Part shown: positions 36,499 through 45,614 of the stretch, in pieces
Layout of the letters: each line of letters begins with the position of its first letter
Position numbering within the stretch: position 1 is the stretch's first letter
Assembly (NCBI GenBank): GCA_039927695.1
Contig: JBDSUM010000007.1
Span: 11,700 to 75,699, forward strand
Source of the DNA: Minisyncoccota bacterium
GTDB taxonomy: Bacteria > Patescibacteriota > Minisyncoccia > Phycocordibacterales > Phycocordibacteraceae
Length of the DNA: 64,000 bases
Reading direction: 5' to 3'
The notes under the pieces: generated by a model
Told to the model about the DNA's origin: nothing
Databases searched by the model: none
The model's input: the letters and a program-made list of their open reading frames with translations, nothing else
Translations under genes and position numbers: made by a program

Positions 36499-36954
36499 AT
36501 GAAGGCAGAAAAATCAATTCTAGTGAGAATGGACAATATGGGCATTGTGGTGGAATCACTCGATGCTGTCATCTCTTTTTTCGAGGAACTCGGACTTAAG
36601 CTCGAGGGGAGAGCTGTTATTGAAGGGACATGGGCTGGGCGTGTTACTGGATTAGGTGATCAGAAGGTGGAGATTGCGATGATGGCCACGCCTGACAATC
36701 ATAGTCGACTCGAACTCTCGCAATTTATACATCCAGCCCTAGTTTCTGATCATCGTAATGCTCCAGTAAATGCTTTGGGATATTTACGAACAATGTTCAC
36801 CGTAAGTGATATTGATGAGACACTAGAGCGACTCCAGAAGCGTGGTGCAACCTTAGTTGGCGAGGTTGTTCAATATGAGAACTCATACCGACTCTGTTAT
36901 ATTCGAGGGCCAGAAGGGCTACTCATTGGATTGGCTGAGGAGCTAAAGACCTAA
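36499..36954 (+). CDS. VOC/glyoxalase-family protein (cassette)
   Basis: RMDNMGIVV, RLELSQF, YIRGPEG...LAE. Confidence 0.92.
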   Translation: MKAEKSILVRMDNMGIVVESLDAVISFFEELGLKLEGRAVIEGTWAGRVTGLGDQKVEIAMMATPDNHSRLELSQFIHPALVSDHRNAPVNALGYLRTMFTVSDIDETLERLQKRGATLVGEVVQYENSYRLCYIRGPEGLLIGLAEELKT

Positions 36955-36962
36955 TTAGTTCG

Positions 36963-36989
36963 GCTCCCACATCGTACCAGAATCCCAAC
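36963..36989 (+). repeat. Cassette att repeat, copy 9 (degenerate)
   Basis: GCTCCCACATCGTACCAGAATCCCAAC; minus strand reads LGFWYDVGA. Confidence 0.55.
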
Positions 36990-36991
36990 CA

Positions 36992-37020
36992 TTGACATAT
37001 GTATATATTAATACTATAAA
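36992..37020 (+). promoter_or_regulatory. Sigma70 promoter
   Basis: TTGACA-17 bp-TATAAA directly after a repeat. Confidence 0.75.
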
Positions 37021-37058
37021 TCCTTCAGACGCATTTCGCGTTCATTGGGAGATTTCTC

Positions 37059-37472
37059 ATGGGTAAGTACCGCATCCCAGCTGCTCTTTTCGGCTGGTTC
37101 ATCATCATCGTGAACCTTTCCATTGCATTCGTGCCCGGTCTCAGCAATTTTCTGGTGCATGTCACCATCGAGACGTCACTCGTCTGGCGACTGCTCTTTT
37201 CGGCCTATGTCATTGCGGGGCTCGTTGCTCTCACGGGCGTAATGCTTCCGTTCTCGGATGCGAAGCCGCTTCAGAGCTTTGCAACTGCGAGCTCTATCGG
37301 CTGGCCTCTCGCCTGGATATGCGTCGCTCCGTATGACGGCACTGCCACCTGGAGCCTTACCGCTGTCATGTTCTTCGCGGCGTGGTCATTTACCGCTGCG
37401 GTCTGCATGGCGCGCAATTTGCCACCATTCAAGTTTCGGTTTGAATGGCCGGTGCGGCTCGGTCTCGCTTGA
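37059..37472 (+). CDS. 4-TM membrane protein (cassette, visibly richer in GC than its neighbours)
   Basis: Own promoter, GGGAG RBS and terminator. Confidence 0.75.
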   Translation: MGKYRIPAALFGWFIIIVNLSIAFVPGLSNFLVHVTIETSLVWRLLFSAYVIAGLVALTGVMLPFSDAKPLQSFATASSIGWPLAWICVAPYDGTATWSLTAVMFFAAWSFTAAVCMARNLPPFKFRFEWPVRLGLA

Positions 37473-37487
37473 GTCGACACCTTACAA

Positions 37488-37515
37488 GCCCGATTTCGCT
37501 TTTGCGGGGTCGGGC
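37488..37515 (+). terminator. Hairpin terminator
   Basis: GCCCGATTTCGC-TTTT-GCGGGGTCGGGC. Confidence 0.65.
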
Positions 37516-37535
37516 CTCATTTTGTATGCAAAATT

Positions 37536-37562
37536 GTTCGAATACTGTCTCAGGCCCTCGGC
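37536..37562 (+). repeat. Cassette att repeat, copy 10
   Basis: GTTCGAATACTGTCTCAGGCCCTCGGC. Confidence 0.7.
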
Positions 37563-37628
37563 AAAATTATTTAAGCGTAAATCGCCACATCAATTCATGT
37601 TGATTTACTGCATGCTACGATATAAACA

Positions 37629-38405
37629 ATGGAAGAAGTGATACATAAGAACTTGTTCACAAAAGTAACTCCACTTTCTAAATATCTCGCGATGATACTT
37701 TTTATTGCGATGCCTTTTATTGGCGGATGGGTTGGGTATACATATGCTCCTCGGAAAATAGTTGAAATCGAAAAAGTAGTTTATCAAAAGGATACAAATG
37801 ATTCCTTTGTATTGCCGGAAGAAGCCAAAAACTGGGGACTTTGTGAGCCGACTTCCGCTGTTACTCAAGTTAGTAGAAGTTGGAGTAATCTTGGAAAGAT
37901 TGGATTAGGATTCCAAAAGATTGATGACCAATGGAACAGGCTATTTGTTCCTTTCTATGATTATAAAGTAAAGGGGTATTGCATGAATTATCCCAATACG
38001 TGGAAGATCGCTCCTGCTGGCGTAGAGAATCTAGCGATTTCGTTTAACCGAGATACAAATTCTACAGCCACACCCGAATTTTATTTTGAAGTGGTTAGTT
38101 CAGATTTGCCCTTGGAGAGTTCTGATAAGTTGGTTTATCGATATGAAGAGTCCTCCTCACCACTTGTAGGAATTAACGAGGTAATTGTATCAAAAGAAAT
38201 CAAACACATCGGAGATAAAGATGCACTTGTATTAATAACAAATGAAGGTAATACTGCCTACCTTCGTATATTCGTAAAAGACGAAAGTAAGTTCTACATG
38301 TTAGAGAAATCTTTTCCTTCACCCGAATTCTACACTTCTATCTATGCAGATTTCTTGGCAACCGCATTCGAGATGATCTCTTCCATCCGTCCATTGGGAA
38401 AATAA
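37629..38405 (+). CDS. Membrane-anchored exported protein, PsbP-like C-terminal region (cassette)
   Basis: VTPLSKYLAMILFIAMPFIGGWVG anchor; YPNTW...MISSIR. Confidence 0.75.
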   Translation: MEEVIHKNLFTKVTPLSKYLAMILFIAMPFIGGWVGYTYAPRKIVEIEKVVYQKDTNDSFVLPEEAKNWGLCEPTSAVTQVSRSWSNLGKIGLGFQKIDDQWNRLFVPFYDYKVKGYCMNYPNTWKIAPAGVENLAISFNRDTNSTATPEFYFEVVSSDLPLESSDKLVYRYEESSSPLVGINEVIVSKEIKHIGDKDALVLITNEGNTAYLRIFVKDESKFYMLEKSFPSPEFYTSIYADFLATAFEMISSIRPLGK

Positions 38406-38421
38406 CACTTTAGCAAGTATT

Positions 38422-38448
38422 GTTTGAATATCGTCCCAGACTCCCAGT
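38422..38448 (+). repeat. Cassette att repeat, copy 11
   Basis: GTTTGAATATCGTCCCAGACTCCCAGT. Confidence 0.85.
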
Positions 38449-38492
38449 CAATATCTTATAGCGCAAGGTGATGTAATCAGTATACTTATCAA

Positions 38493-38963
38493 ATGATTAA
38501 GATCAGTTTTGTACGAATCTCACCGACGCATCATCGTTTCTCATATGAACGAGAGAACGGATCAGGCGAGTCTATTGAATTGGAAACGAAAACGTATTTG
38601 CTGCATGATTTTGTGCACTTCTGTGTGGAGAGCGAAGCTCAACTGACTGGAGGTTTTTATGGACAGCTTGCGCAAGGAAGTACATTTGCTGATTTGGTCG
38701 GCACGCCCAACTCCGAACTTTCTGGTATGGGGCTCGATGTAGAAAGGGTGGTAGGGGCACTAACGGGTGTAGTTCAGGGAAGAATTACACCAGATGCGCT
38801 TTTGGATGGCTTGAAGAATCTGTATCAGGCATATGGCAAACCCATACCTGGGTGGGTGAATCAAGAATATATCGCTCAGGTCTCTGAGCGATATCGAAAG
38901 CTAAATGGGCAATGGAATTCTCTCCGATTTGGTGAGCGACTGGATTTAGTTTTCGGGAAATAA
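38493..38963 (+). CDS. Hypothetical protein with HDxxH...E motif (cassette)
   Basis: LLHDFVHFCVE; TATACT 6 nt upstream. Confidence 0.75.
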   Translation: MIKISFVRISPTHHRFSYERENGSGESIELETKTYLLHDFVHFCVESEAQLTGGFYGQLAQGSTFADLVGTPNSELSGMGLDVERVVGALTGVVQGRITPDALLDGLKNLYQAYGKPIPGWVNQEYIAQVSERYRKLNGQWNSLRFGERLDLVFGK

Positions 38964-38964
38964 A

Positions 38965-38991
38965 GTTTCCACGTCGTACGAAATACCCAGC
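38965..38991 (+). repeat. Cassette att repeat, copy 12 (degenerate)
   Basis: GTTTCCACGTCGTACGAAATACCCAGC. Confidence 0.55.
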
Positions 38992-39016
38992 TCAACTTGT
39001 GTGCCATAATGTGTAT

Positions 39017-39853
39017 ATGAAATTCCTCCATGATCTGCGAGCAGCGGTTTATTCTCCTAATTTCCTAGCCCACTTTAAGAATCGAACCTTTAATCAGGCG
39101 GTACTTTTTATTTTCGTACTTGTTCTTATACAGACTTTGATCACAGAAGTGATAGTTCTTACTAGAGTTGTTAATCCATTTATAACGTTCACTTCCGGTA
39201 ATTTCATCAAGCAATACTATCCTGAAGATCTCGATGTCACTGTTACTGATGGTTTAGTTGCTACAAATCAAGCCAACCCATATCTTATTGCAAATCCTGA
39301 TGTAAGAGCTGGTACAGCCACGGGTACTGTTTTCTCTAATATCGTAGTAATTGATACCCAAGCGACAGATACGATTTCTGCACTGCACAGGTACAACACC
39401 TACGTATTAGTGACGCATGATTCTGTAGCATCAGAAAATGGTCCTGATGGAGAGATACGTGTGATACCTCTCAAGAATATAAAGAATCTCCATCTCACTC
39501 AACCTCTGGTACAAGAATATTTTACAAAAGCGATTCCATACATATATGGAGTTGGAATATTGGGAATAATTCTTTTGCCACTATTAGTTGCTGCTTTCTC
39601 ACTTGGTTACTATTTATTCATTCTTTTGGGTCTTGCCTTAATAACTTGGTTCATAGCTAGACTTCGAAAGGTAGATGCAGGGTATAAAAAATCATACATA
39701 CTTTCTGGATATCTTCTTGCGCTACCTATTCTCACTGATTTGGTTCTGGATCTTATCATTCCAGGAAGTCGATTCGTACTCATAGCCGTAATATTCGTAC
39801 TCATAGCCATTCTAAATGTTAAGCAGGAGAAAGATATAATCCAGGCTACATAA
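39017..39853 (+). CDS. DUF1189-like membrane protein
   Basis: N-terminal TM, external domain, C-terminal TMs; start moved to ATG 39017. Confidence 0.75.
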   Translation: MKFLHDLRAAVYSPNFLAHFKNRTFNQAVLFIFVLVLIQTLITEVIVLTRVVNPFITFTSGNFIKQYYPEDLDVTVTDGLVATNQANPYLIANPDVRAGTATGTVFSNIVVIDTQATDTISALHRYNTYVLVTHDSVASENGPDGEIRVIPLKNIKNLHLTQPLVQEYFTKAIPYIYGVGILGIILLPLLVAAFSLGYYLFILLGLALITWFIARLRKVDAGYKKSYILSGYLLALPILTDLVLDLIIPGSRFVLIAVIFVLIAILNVKQEKDIIQAT

Positions 39854-39862
39854 GTTCAGATT

Positions 39863-40849
39863 ATGAAAATTGCTAGTCAGGATTTGGAACAGAAGATACT
39901 AACGACCCTCGCGGAGAAGGGTTTCTCTAATGAGGATGCGCAAAGTATCACCGACTACCTTATGTGGGCAGAAAAGTCTGGCATTAAGACACAGGGAATT
40001 ATAAAGATGACTGGCACCGAGCCACTTCAAAATATTCAGCCTAAACATGAAATCAGAATAGAGCGAGATACAAAACTCTCGCAGCTCATAAATGGCGGTG
40101 CGCACCCCGCTCCGTTGGTCAGCCAAAAAGCAACTGATGTAGTTATAGAAAAAGCCAAAGAACATGGTTTCGGTATCGTTGGTGTACGAAACACTTTCTC
40201 TAGCAACGGAGCGCAAGGGTTCTATGCCGAGAAGATTGCTGAACAAGATTTAATAGGAATCGTTTGCAGTCGTTCTCCCGCCGCAACGACTGGTTTCGAC
40301 AGTATTGATCCACTATGGGGTACGAATCCTATTGGTTTTGGATTCCCAACGGAGGGTGAGCCGCTTGTATTTGATATGGCCACATCAGCCATGACATTCT
40401 ATGGCCTTATTCTTGCAAAGGCTCGTGGTGAAAAGATCCCAGACAATATGGCAATCGATAGTGAGGGTAATCCTACGAATGATCCTGCATCTGCGATGGA
40501 TGGTGCGATTCTTCCATTCGATAGGGGATACAAAGGTGCAGGATTAGGTATGGTTATAGAAATGCTTGCAGGTCCTCTAACTAATTCTGCCTGGATCGAT
40601 AACAAGGCCTTCACTGAAGAATGGGGCTCATTATTCATTGCCATTGATCCGAATCTACTAGTAGATACCGTTGTCTTTAAGAAAAATGCCACAGATCTTG
40701 TATCTAAGATTAAATCTTCAAGAAGGAAACAGGGTACAAGTGCAATTCGCCTCCCAGGTGAGCGTGCTGCCGAAAGTAGAAAAGAGGTTGAATTATCCGG
40801 AATGGTTGAAGTTGAAGAGGCTATCATGAAGGAATTAGGATATCTATAA
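39863..40849 (+). CDS. Ldh_2-family (malate/L-lactate/sulfolactate) oxidoreductase
   Basis: GTNPIGFGFP, DMATSA, GYKGAGL, RLPGE. Confidence 0.9.
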   Translation: MKIASQDLEQKILTTLAEKGFSNEDAQSITDYLMWAEKSGIKTQGIIKMTGTEPLQNIQPKHEIRIERDTKLSQLINGGAHPAPLVSQKATDVVIEKAKEHGFGIVGVRNTFSSNGAQGFYAEKIAEQDLIGIVCSRSPAATTGFDSIDPLWGTNPIGFGFPTEGEPLVFDMATSAMTFYGLILAKARGEKIPDNMAIDSEGNPTNDPASAMDGAILPFDRGYKGAGLGMVIEMLAGPLTNSAWIDNKAFTEEWGSLFIAIDPNLLVDTVVFKKNATDLVSKIKSSRRKQGTSAIRLPGERAAESRKEVELSGMVEVEEAIMKELGYL

Positions 40850-40984
40850 AATATGAAGCTATATAGATTTACCCTGCTAAAGATCAAATAACTCTTTTAG
40901 AGGCGATTCGCTACATTCATATTGAATGTTTCAAGTTAGCCACCTTTTTCTTTGAGGCTGGGATGTTTCTGTTATATTTTAAGC

Positions 40985-41389
40985 ATGCTAAAAACAAGGA
41001 CTCGTATATGGTGGTCGACAGCTGTGCTACTAGCGTTTATTTCTGTGGCAGGTCTATGCGCTCATGCGCTCGGCTGGTACCAAGAGTATTGGTTTGCCGA
41101 TGTTATTCTCCATACTCTCTCTGGGGGAATGTTTGGCCTTTTCTGGCTCGGACTTACGTATAAGGAAGAGTATAAGTCGAAGTTAATCTTTATACTTACC
41201 ATAACAATGGCTGGAGTATTCGGAAGCTATTTTTGGGAACTATGGGAGTTTGGTGGTGCGTACATTTTGCCGGGAATAGCGATAGCGTATCTACCGGATC
41301 TGGCTGACACCCTCAGTGACATTGCTTGCGGTATGTGTGGCGCTCTGATAGTTGGTGTTATGTATTTCCTACAGACCAGCAAACGTTAA
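40985..41389 (+). CDS. Membrane protein (DUF2238/VanZ-like)
   Basis: D..LH...WELWEF...DTLSD pattern. Confidence 0.75.
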   Translation: MLKTRTRIWWSTAVLLAFISVAGLCAHALGWYQEYWFADVILHTLSGGMFGLFWLGLTYKEEYKSKLIFILTITMAGVFGSYFWELWEFGGAYILPGIAIAYLPDLADTLSDIACGMCGALIVGVMYFLQTSKR

Positions 41390-41414
41390 ACGAAGATACT
41401 AAATTTGTTCTAAT

Positions 41415-41999
41415 ATGACCGAGAAGGAAGTTTCAGAAAAGCCTATTCGTCCCTTTGCGACGGCACAGGTATGGCGCGCCTGGCTTGAAAAGAATCAAGC
41501 GAAGCCAGAGGGTATGTGGCTGCGTATCTATAAGAAAGACTCGGCGAAAAAGACCGTCACTCATCTTGAAGCGCTCGACGAAGCCCTTTGCTACGGATGG
41601 ATAGACGGGCAGAGGAAAGCGTATGACACTGAATCGTTCTTGCAGAAGTTCACGCCTCGTCGATCAAAGAGTCTGTGGTCGAAGCGTAATCGTGAGAATG
41701 TCATGCGTCTTATCAAAGAAAGACGCATGACCGCTGCTGGCCTAGCTGAAATCGACGCTGCTAAAAAGGATGGCCGATGGGAGCAGGCATATGACGCTGG
41801 CAGTACTATGCAAGTGCCGGCAGATTTCCTCGCTGCACTGAAGAAAGATAAGAAGGCATACGAGTTTTTTAAGACTCTGAATAAGGCTAATACCTATGCT
41901 ATTGCCTGGCGTCTACAAACTGCCAGGAAGCCAGAGACTCGAATGAAACGTATGGAGGCACTGCTAGCTCTCATGAAAGAAGGAAGGAAACTGCATTAA
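41415..41999 (+). CDS. YdeI/OmpD-associated family protein
   Basis: ALCYGWIDG, FTPRR.KS.WS, AR.PETR. Confidence 0.92.
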   Translation: MTEKEVSEKPIRPFATAQVWRAWLEKNQAKPEGMWLRIYKKDSAKKTVTHLEALDEALCYGWIDGQRKAYDTESFLQKFTPRRSKSLWSKRNRENVMRLIKERRMTAAGLAEIDAAKKDGRWEQAYDAGSTMQVPADFLAALKKDKKAYEFFKTLNKANTYAIAWRLQTARKPETRMKRMEALLALMKEGRKLH

Positions 42000-42026
42000 T
42001 TATTCGGTCGTTGCTTGCTCAGATTT

Positions 42027-42046
42027 GTTCGGATATTGTCTTAGTC
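42027..42046 (+). repeat. Cassette att repeat, copy 13 (degenerate)
   Basis: GTTCGGATATTGTCTTAGTC, preceded by AGATTT as in copy 3. Confidence 0.6.
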
Positions 42047-42058
42047 AACTCTCAAACC

Positions 42059-42748
42059 TTATATAACCTCTATTTCATGCACTTTCTTTGATACGAAGCT
42101 GTAAAATTGAGCCGGCCGATGTTTGTCACCCGATCGCTTGTAAGGAGATTCTTTAAGAACATCCAATTTCAGTATTTTCTTACGGAAATTACGCTTATCA
42201 AGACCTGCTTTCAAAATGCATTCATAGGCTACTTCAAGTTCTGTAAGAGTGAACTCCTCAGGCATAAGCTTGGAGATGAGAGTGGTATACGTGAGGCGAG
42301 AGCGTAGGCGCTTGGTACCAACCGAAAGTATCTCATCATGATCATAGGCTAACTTCGTAGCACGTGTGACCGGTACCCATTTAGAATCATCCGTGTCTTC
42401 TTGTTCTGGAGTTGATAATGCCTCCCAGGGGACTAGCGCTAGGTAGGCAACAGCAACGACTCTGCCGCGAGGATCTCTGTCTACTTTACTAAATGTAAAG
42501 AGTTGCTCTACATATATTTTCCTTGGATCGATATGTGATTTTTCTTTCAAATGTCGCAATGCTGCTATCTCAGCAGTTTCTGATGGATGAACAAGTCCAC
42601 CGGGCAATCCCCAGGCATTTTGATAGTAGGGAGGTCGATGTATGGCAACGAGACGAACAAACAGTTGTTTGTCGCGAACCGTAAACAATGTGGTATCAGT
42701 CGATAGAACTGCAAATCGCAACTCACTATTTTTAGGTACCTTATTCAT
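42059..42748 (-). CDS. nrtR: NrtR-family regulator (Nudix plus wHTH)
   Basis: WGLPGG, EQLFTF..VDRDPRGRV, LAYDH, FTLTEL, DKRNFRKK, RPAQFY. Confidence 0.92.
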   Translation of the reverse strand: MNKVPKNSELRFAVLSTDTTLFTVRDKQLFVRLVAIHRPPYYQNAWGLPGGLVHPSETAEIAALRHLKEKSHIDPRKIYVEQLFTFSKVDRDPRGRVVAVAYLALVPWEALSTPEQEDTDDSKWVPVTRATKLAYDHDEILSVGTKRLRSRLTYTTLISKLMPEEFTLTELEVAYECILKAGLDKRNFRKKILKLDVLKESPYKRSGDKHRPAQFYSFVSKKVHEIEVI

Positions 42749-42811
42749 ATAGATATAATAGTCATACTCTCACTATTCTCCAATTAAGGTTGGTCGCTAA
42801 GGATAAAAAGA

Positions 42812-42834
42812 AGTCGGCTGTGTCAAAGCCGACT
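42812..42834 (-). terminator. Hairpin terminator after the ADP-ribosylglycohydrolase gene
   Basis: AGTCGGCT-loop-AGCCGACT with an A run on its left. Confidence 0.6.
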
Positions 42835-42853
42835 CCACTACTGACGAGTCTGG

Positions 42854-43798
42854 TTACGAATGATTTCTTTCGTAGAGAAGATCTGCCAGCTCTTTCATGC
42901 GTTCGCCGCCGCGCAGCACAGATATCCATTCGGCTGGGATTCCCTCGATACCATAGGTGGCGCCGAGCAGTGCTCCTGCAACAGCGGCATAAGTGTCAGT
43001 ATCGCCGCCGAGCGCGATAACTGCGCTTATGCCTTCCTCGAAGGAGGATGTCGTGAGCAGTGCCCATAACGCAGCTTGTAACGTAAGCACTGCGTTACCT
43101 CGATCAGGGAAGTTCTTCGGAATGATCGGCTGAACCGTCAGATCTTGAAGCTGATGAGCAAGCGACCAATCGTCGGTATGCGATACCCCATGTGCAACTG
43201 CATAGCGAATGTCGCCACCGTTTAGCAATGCATCAAGGATATGTACGAACACGACGCAGGATTCCATTGCCGTTTCATGCCGATGGGTGACATGCGATGA
43301 ATTGCGCACAGAAGAGTCGATATTCACCATATCGGTATCGTGGAAGAAAAGAGCAAGTGGCGCACTGCGCATCAAACTCCCATTCGTGACTCTCAGCGGC
43401 AGATCCTTCAGATCCAGAGACTCCGCATAGGTTTCAGCGGCAAGAGTCTCGCGCGTTGTACCGCCGAAGCCTTTAACAACTCCATCCCAGAGAAAACTTT
43501 TACCCTGAAGTGCCGTACTCTTGAATCTGCGATATTGATCTTCCAGATCGATGCAGCCACATTCGACCAAGCTTTCTGCAAGCGCGGCCGTTAGTTCCGA
43601 ATCATCGGTAGGGCGTCCAGCAGGGAAGATGCCGTCCACACCCCAAGGGTCAGGGTAGGCAAACGGAACAAGTCCGCCGCGTTTGGCGTAGTCGGCGAGA
43701 ACGGTTTCTGAGAACCATGTCTCATAGGGAGCGCCTAACGCGTCCCCGGCCAATACGCCGACGAGGGTACCTTGATAGCGGTTGCGAAGATGTGTCAT
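42854..43798 (-). CDS. ADP-ribosylglycohydrolase
   Basis: GDALGAP, TDDSE, NGSLMR, GGDTDT. Confidence 0.93.
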   Translation of the reverse strand: MTHLRNRYQGTLVGVLAGDALGAPYETWFSETVLADYAKRGGLVPFAYPDPWGVDGIFPAGRPTDDSELTAALAESLVECGCIDLEDQYRRFKSTALQGKSFLWDGVVKGFGGTTRETLAAETYAESLDLKDLPLRVTNGSLMRSAPLALFFHDTDMVNIDSSVRNSSHVTHRHETAMESCVVFVHILDALLNGGDIRYAVAHGVSHTDDWSLAHQLQDLTVQPIIPKNFPDRGNAVLTLQAALWALLTTSSFEEGISAVIALGGDTDTYAAVAGALLGATYGIEGIPAEWISVLRGGERMKELADLLYERNHS

Positions 43799-43890
43799 TT
43801 CGGTGCCTTTCGAGTTAATCCTCCTACACCTTACTTTCCCCGTTGCTTATTGTCAAACATACACGATGTCCACAGCTCTCACGTATCTTA

Positions 43891-43921
43891 TTGACACAAC
43901 TTAGTGTGTAATATACACTAA
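43891..43921 (+). promoter_or_regulatory. Sigma70 promoter overlapped by a candidate NrtR operator
   Basis: TTGACA-17 bp-TACACT; palindrome TTAGTGT-N7-ACACTAA (43901-43921) fits the GT-N7-AC NrtR box. Confidence 0.8.
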
Positions 43922-43946
43922 GTAAATAGAAGTAAAGGAAACTGCC

Positions 43947-44627
43947 ATGAAAACGAAACATACCCAAACACTCCACGTTCTTTCCCTCATCGGTTCAGTG
44001 GCACTTACCTTTGCTTCGTGGCGGGGTCTCGTACCTATAAGTCTTACCGAAGTATTCGGCTTCATAAGTGGGGGACTGTGCGTCTGGCTTACGGTAAAGC
44101 AGAATATCTGGAACTGGCCAATTGGCATAGTAAATAATATCTTCTTTATTATCTTGTTTTGGCAGTCACATCTGTACGCTGATATGGCGTTACAAGTTGT
44201 ATACATCGTACTCAGTATTCTTGGTTGGTACTGGTGGGTGCGTGGCGGGGTGGGTAATACAAGTCTTACCGTGTCGCGAATAGGGATTCGTACTGTATTG
44301 GTACTTACTCTAATTGGTGTTGTAACAATGTATGGTATGACGCTCTACTTGCGAACCGTGCAGGACGCAGCCCCATTCTTAGATGCTCTTACCACCGTAA
44401 TGAGCCTTATAGCTCAGTACCTTCTCACTAAGAAGAAGATTGAAAATTGGTACCTTTGGATGACCGCTGATGTGATCTATGTCTGGCTCTATTGCTTTAA
44501 GCATCTTTATTTGACTGGCTTCCTCTACGCTATCTTCTTCGCGATGTGTATAGCCGGGGTTATAGCGTGGCGTCGTTCAATGAAACTTACCAATAAAGAG
44601 GCAGTCCTCACCGCCCACCATGTTTAA
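43947..44627 (+). CDS. pnuC: Nicotinamide riboside transporter
   Basis: WNWPIG, LYADM.LQ, DALTTVMS..AQ, K.IENW. Confidence 0.93.
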   Translation: MKTKHTQTLHVLSLIGSVALTFASWRGLVPISLTEVFGFISGGLCVWLTVKQNIWNWPIGIVNNIFFIILFWQSHLYADMALQVVYIVLSILGWYWWVRGGVGNTSLTVSRIGIRTVLVLTLIGVVTMYGMTLYLRTVQDAAPFLDALTTVMSLIAQYLLTKKKIENWYLWMTADVIYVWLYCFKHLYLTGFLYAIFFAMCIAGVIAWRRSMKLTNKEAVLTAHHV

Positions 44628-45594
44628 GCGCGGAGTAGTCATTGGTAAGTTCTACCCGCCTCATTGTGGCCATAAGTACCTTATTGATACGGCTCGTAGT
44701 CAGTGCGAACAGCTCACGGTGATCCTCTGTTGGAAGAAAGGTCAGGAAATATCAGGAGTGGAGCGAGCGCGTTGGATTCAGCACATTCATCCGGATGTTC
44801 AGGTAAAGCTTCTGGATGACGATCGCCTCGGTGAGGATGACTCTAAGGCGTGGGCGGAGAACACGCTCGCCGTACTCGGATTTACTCCTGATGCGGTGTT
44901 TACGTCAGAAGCATACGGCGATCCGTATGCTTCCTTTATGGGCACGGTACATGTGCTCGTTGATAAGGAAAGAACGTATATTCCCATCTCAGGAACAATG
45001 GTGCGGAGTGATCCGATGAAATACGCTGAATTTCTCGAGCCAATCGTTCGAGCATACTTTGCTAAAAGAGTATGCGTGCTTGGTGCTGAATCTACAGGGA
45101 CGACAACGCTCTCGAAAGAACTCGCCGCTCACTATAAAACGGTATGGGTTCCTGAATATGGTCGTCTATATTCTGAAGGAAAGTTCTACGCAGATAAGAA
45201 CGCAGAGTGGAGGAGCGATGAATTTGTAACAATAGCAAAGGCTCAATGCGATCTAGAGGACACGCTCGCAGAAGCTTCTAATGGATTAGTTATTTGTGAT
45301 ACTGATGCTTTTGCTACCAGTCTTTGGCATGAGCGTTATATGGGAACTCGATCAAAAGAGGTCGAAGACATTGCTGCGCGTAGAAACTATACCTTGTACA
45401 TACTTACCGGTGATGAGATTCCCTTCGAACAAGACGGGCTTCGAGATGGCGAACATATACGTCATGGAATGCATAAGCGATTCATTGAACGACTTGAAGA
45501 AGAGAAGAAGAGTTATATTCTTGTATCTGGAAGTAAAGAGCAGCGACTCAAGAAGGCAATTACTGAAATCAATAAGGCAATATCTGCGAATTGA
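44620..45594 (+). CDS. nadR: NadR-type NMN adenylyltransferase / ribosylnicotinamide kinase (no HTH)
   Basis: GKFYPPHCGH, ISGT, GAESTGTTT, EYGR, QDGLRD. Confidence 0.9.
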   Translation: MFKRGVVIGKFYPPHCGHKYLIDTARSQCEQLTVILCWKKGQEISGVERARWIQHIHPDVQVKLLDDDRLGEDDSKAWAENTLAVLGFTPDAVFTSEAYGDPYASFMGTVHVLVDKERTYIPISGTMVRSDPMKYAEFLEPIVRAYFAKRVCVLGAESTGTTTLSKELAAHYKTVWVPEYGRLYSEGKFYADKNAEWRSDEFVTIAKAQCDLEDTLAEASNGLVICDTDAFATSLWHERYMGTRSKEVEDIAARRNYTLYILTGDEIPFEQDGLRDGEHIRHGMHKRFIERLEEEKKSYILVSGSKEQRLKKAITEINKAISAN

Positions 45595-45614
45595 AACGCG
45601 TTAGAATAGAGCGT

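Noticed and set aside
15239-42046. CRISPR array or classical integron attC interpretation of the repeats
   Set aside because: Spacing is gene-sized and irregular; no cas or intI gene is present; the repeats lack the long attC hairpin with R and L boxes
42757-42777. Second NrtR box upstream of nrtR (AATAGT-N9-ACTATT)
   Set aside because: Spacing differs from the pnuC palindrome; may be real but is not supportable
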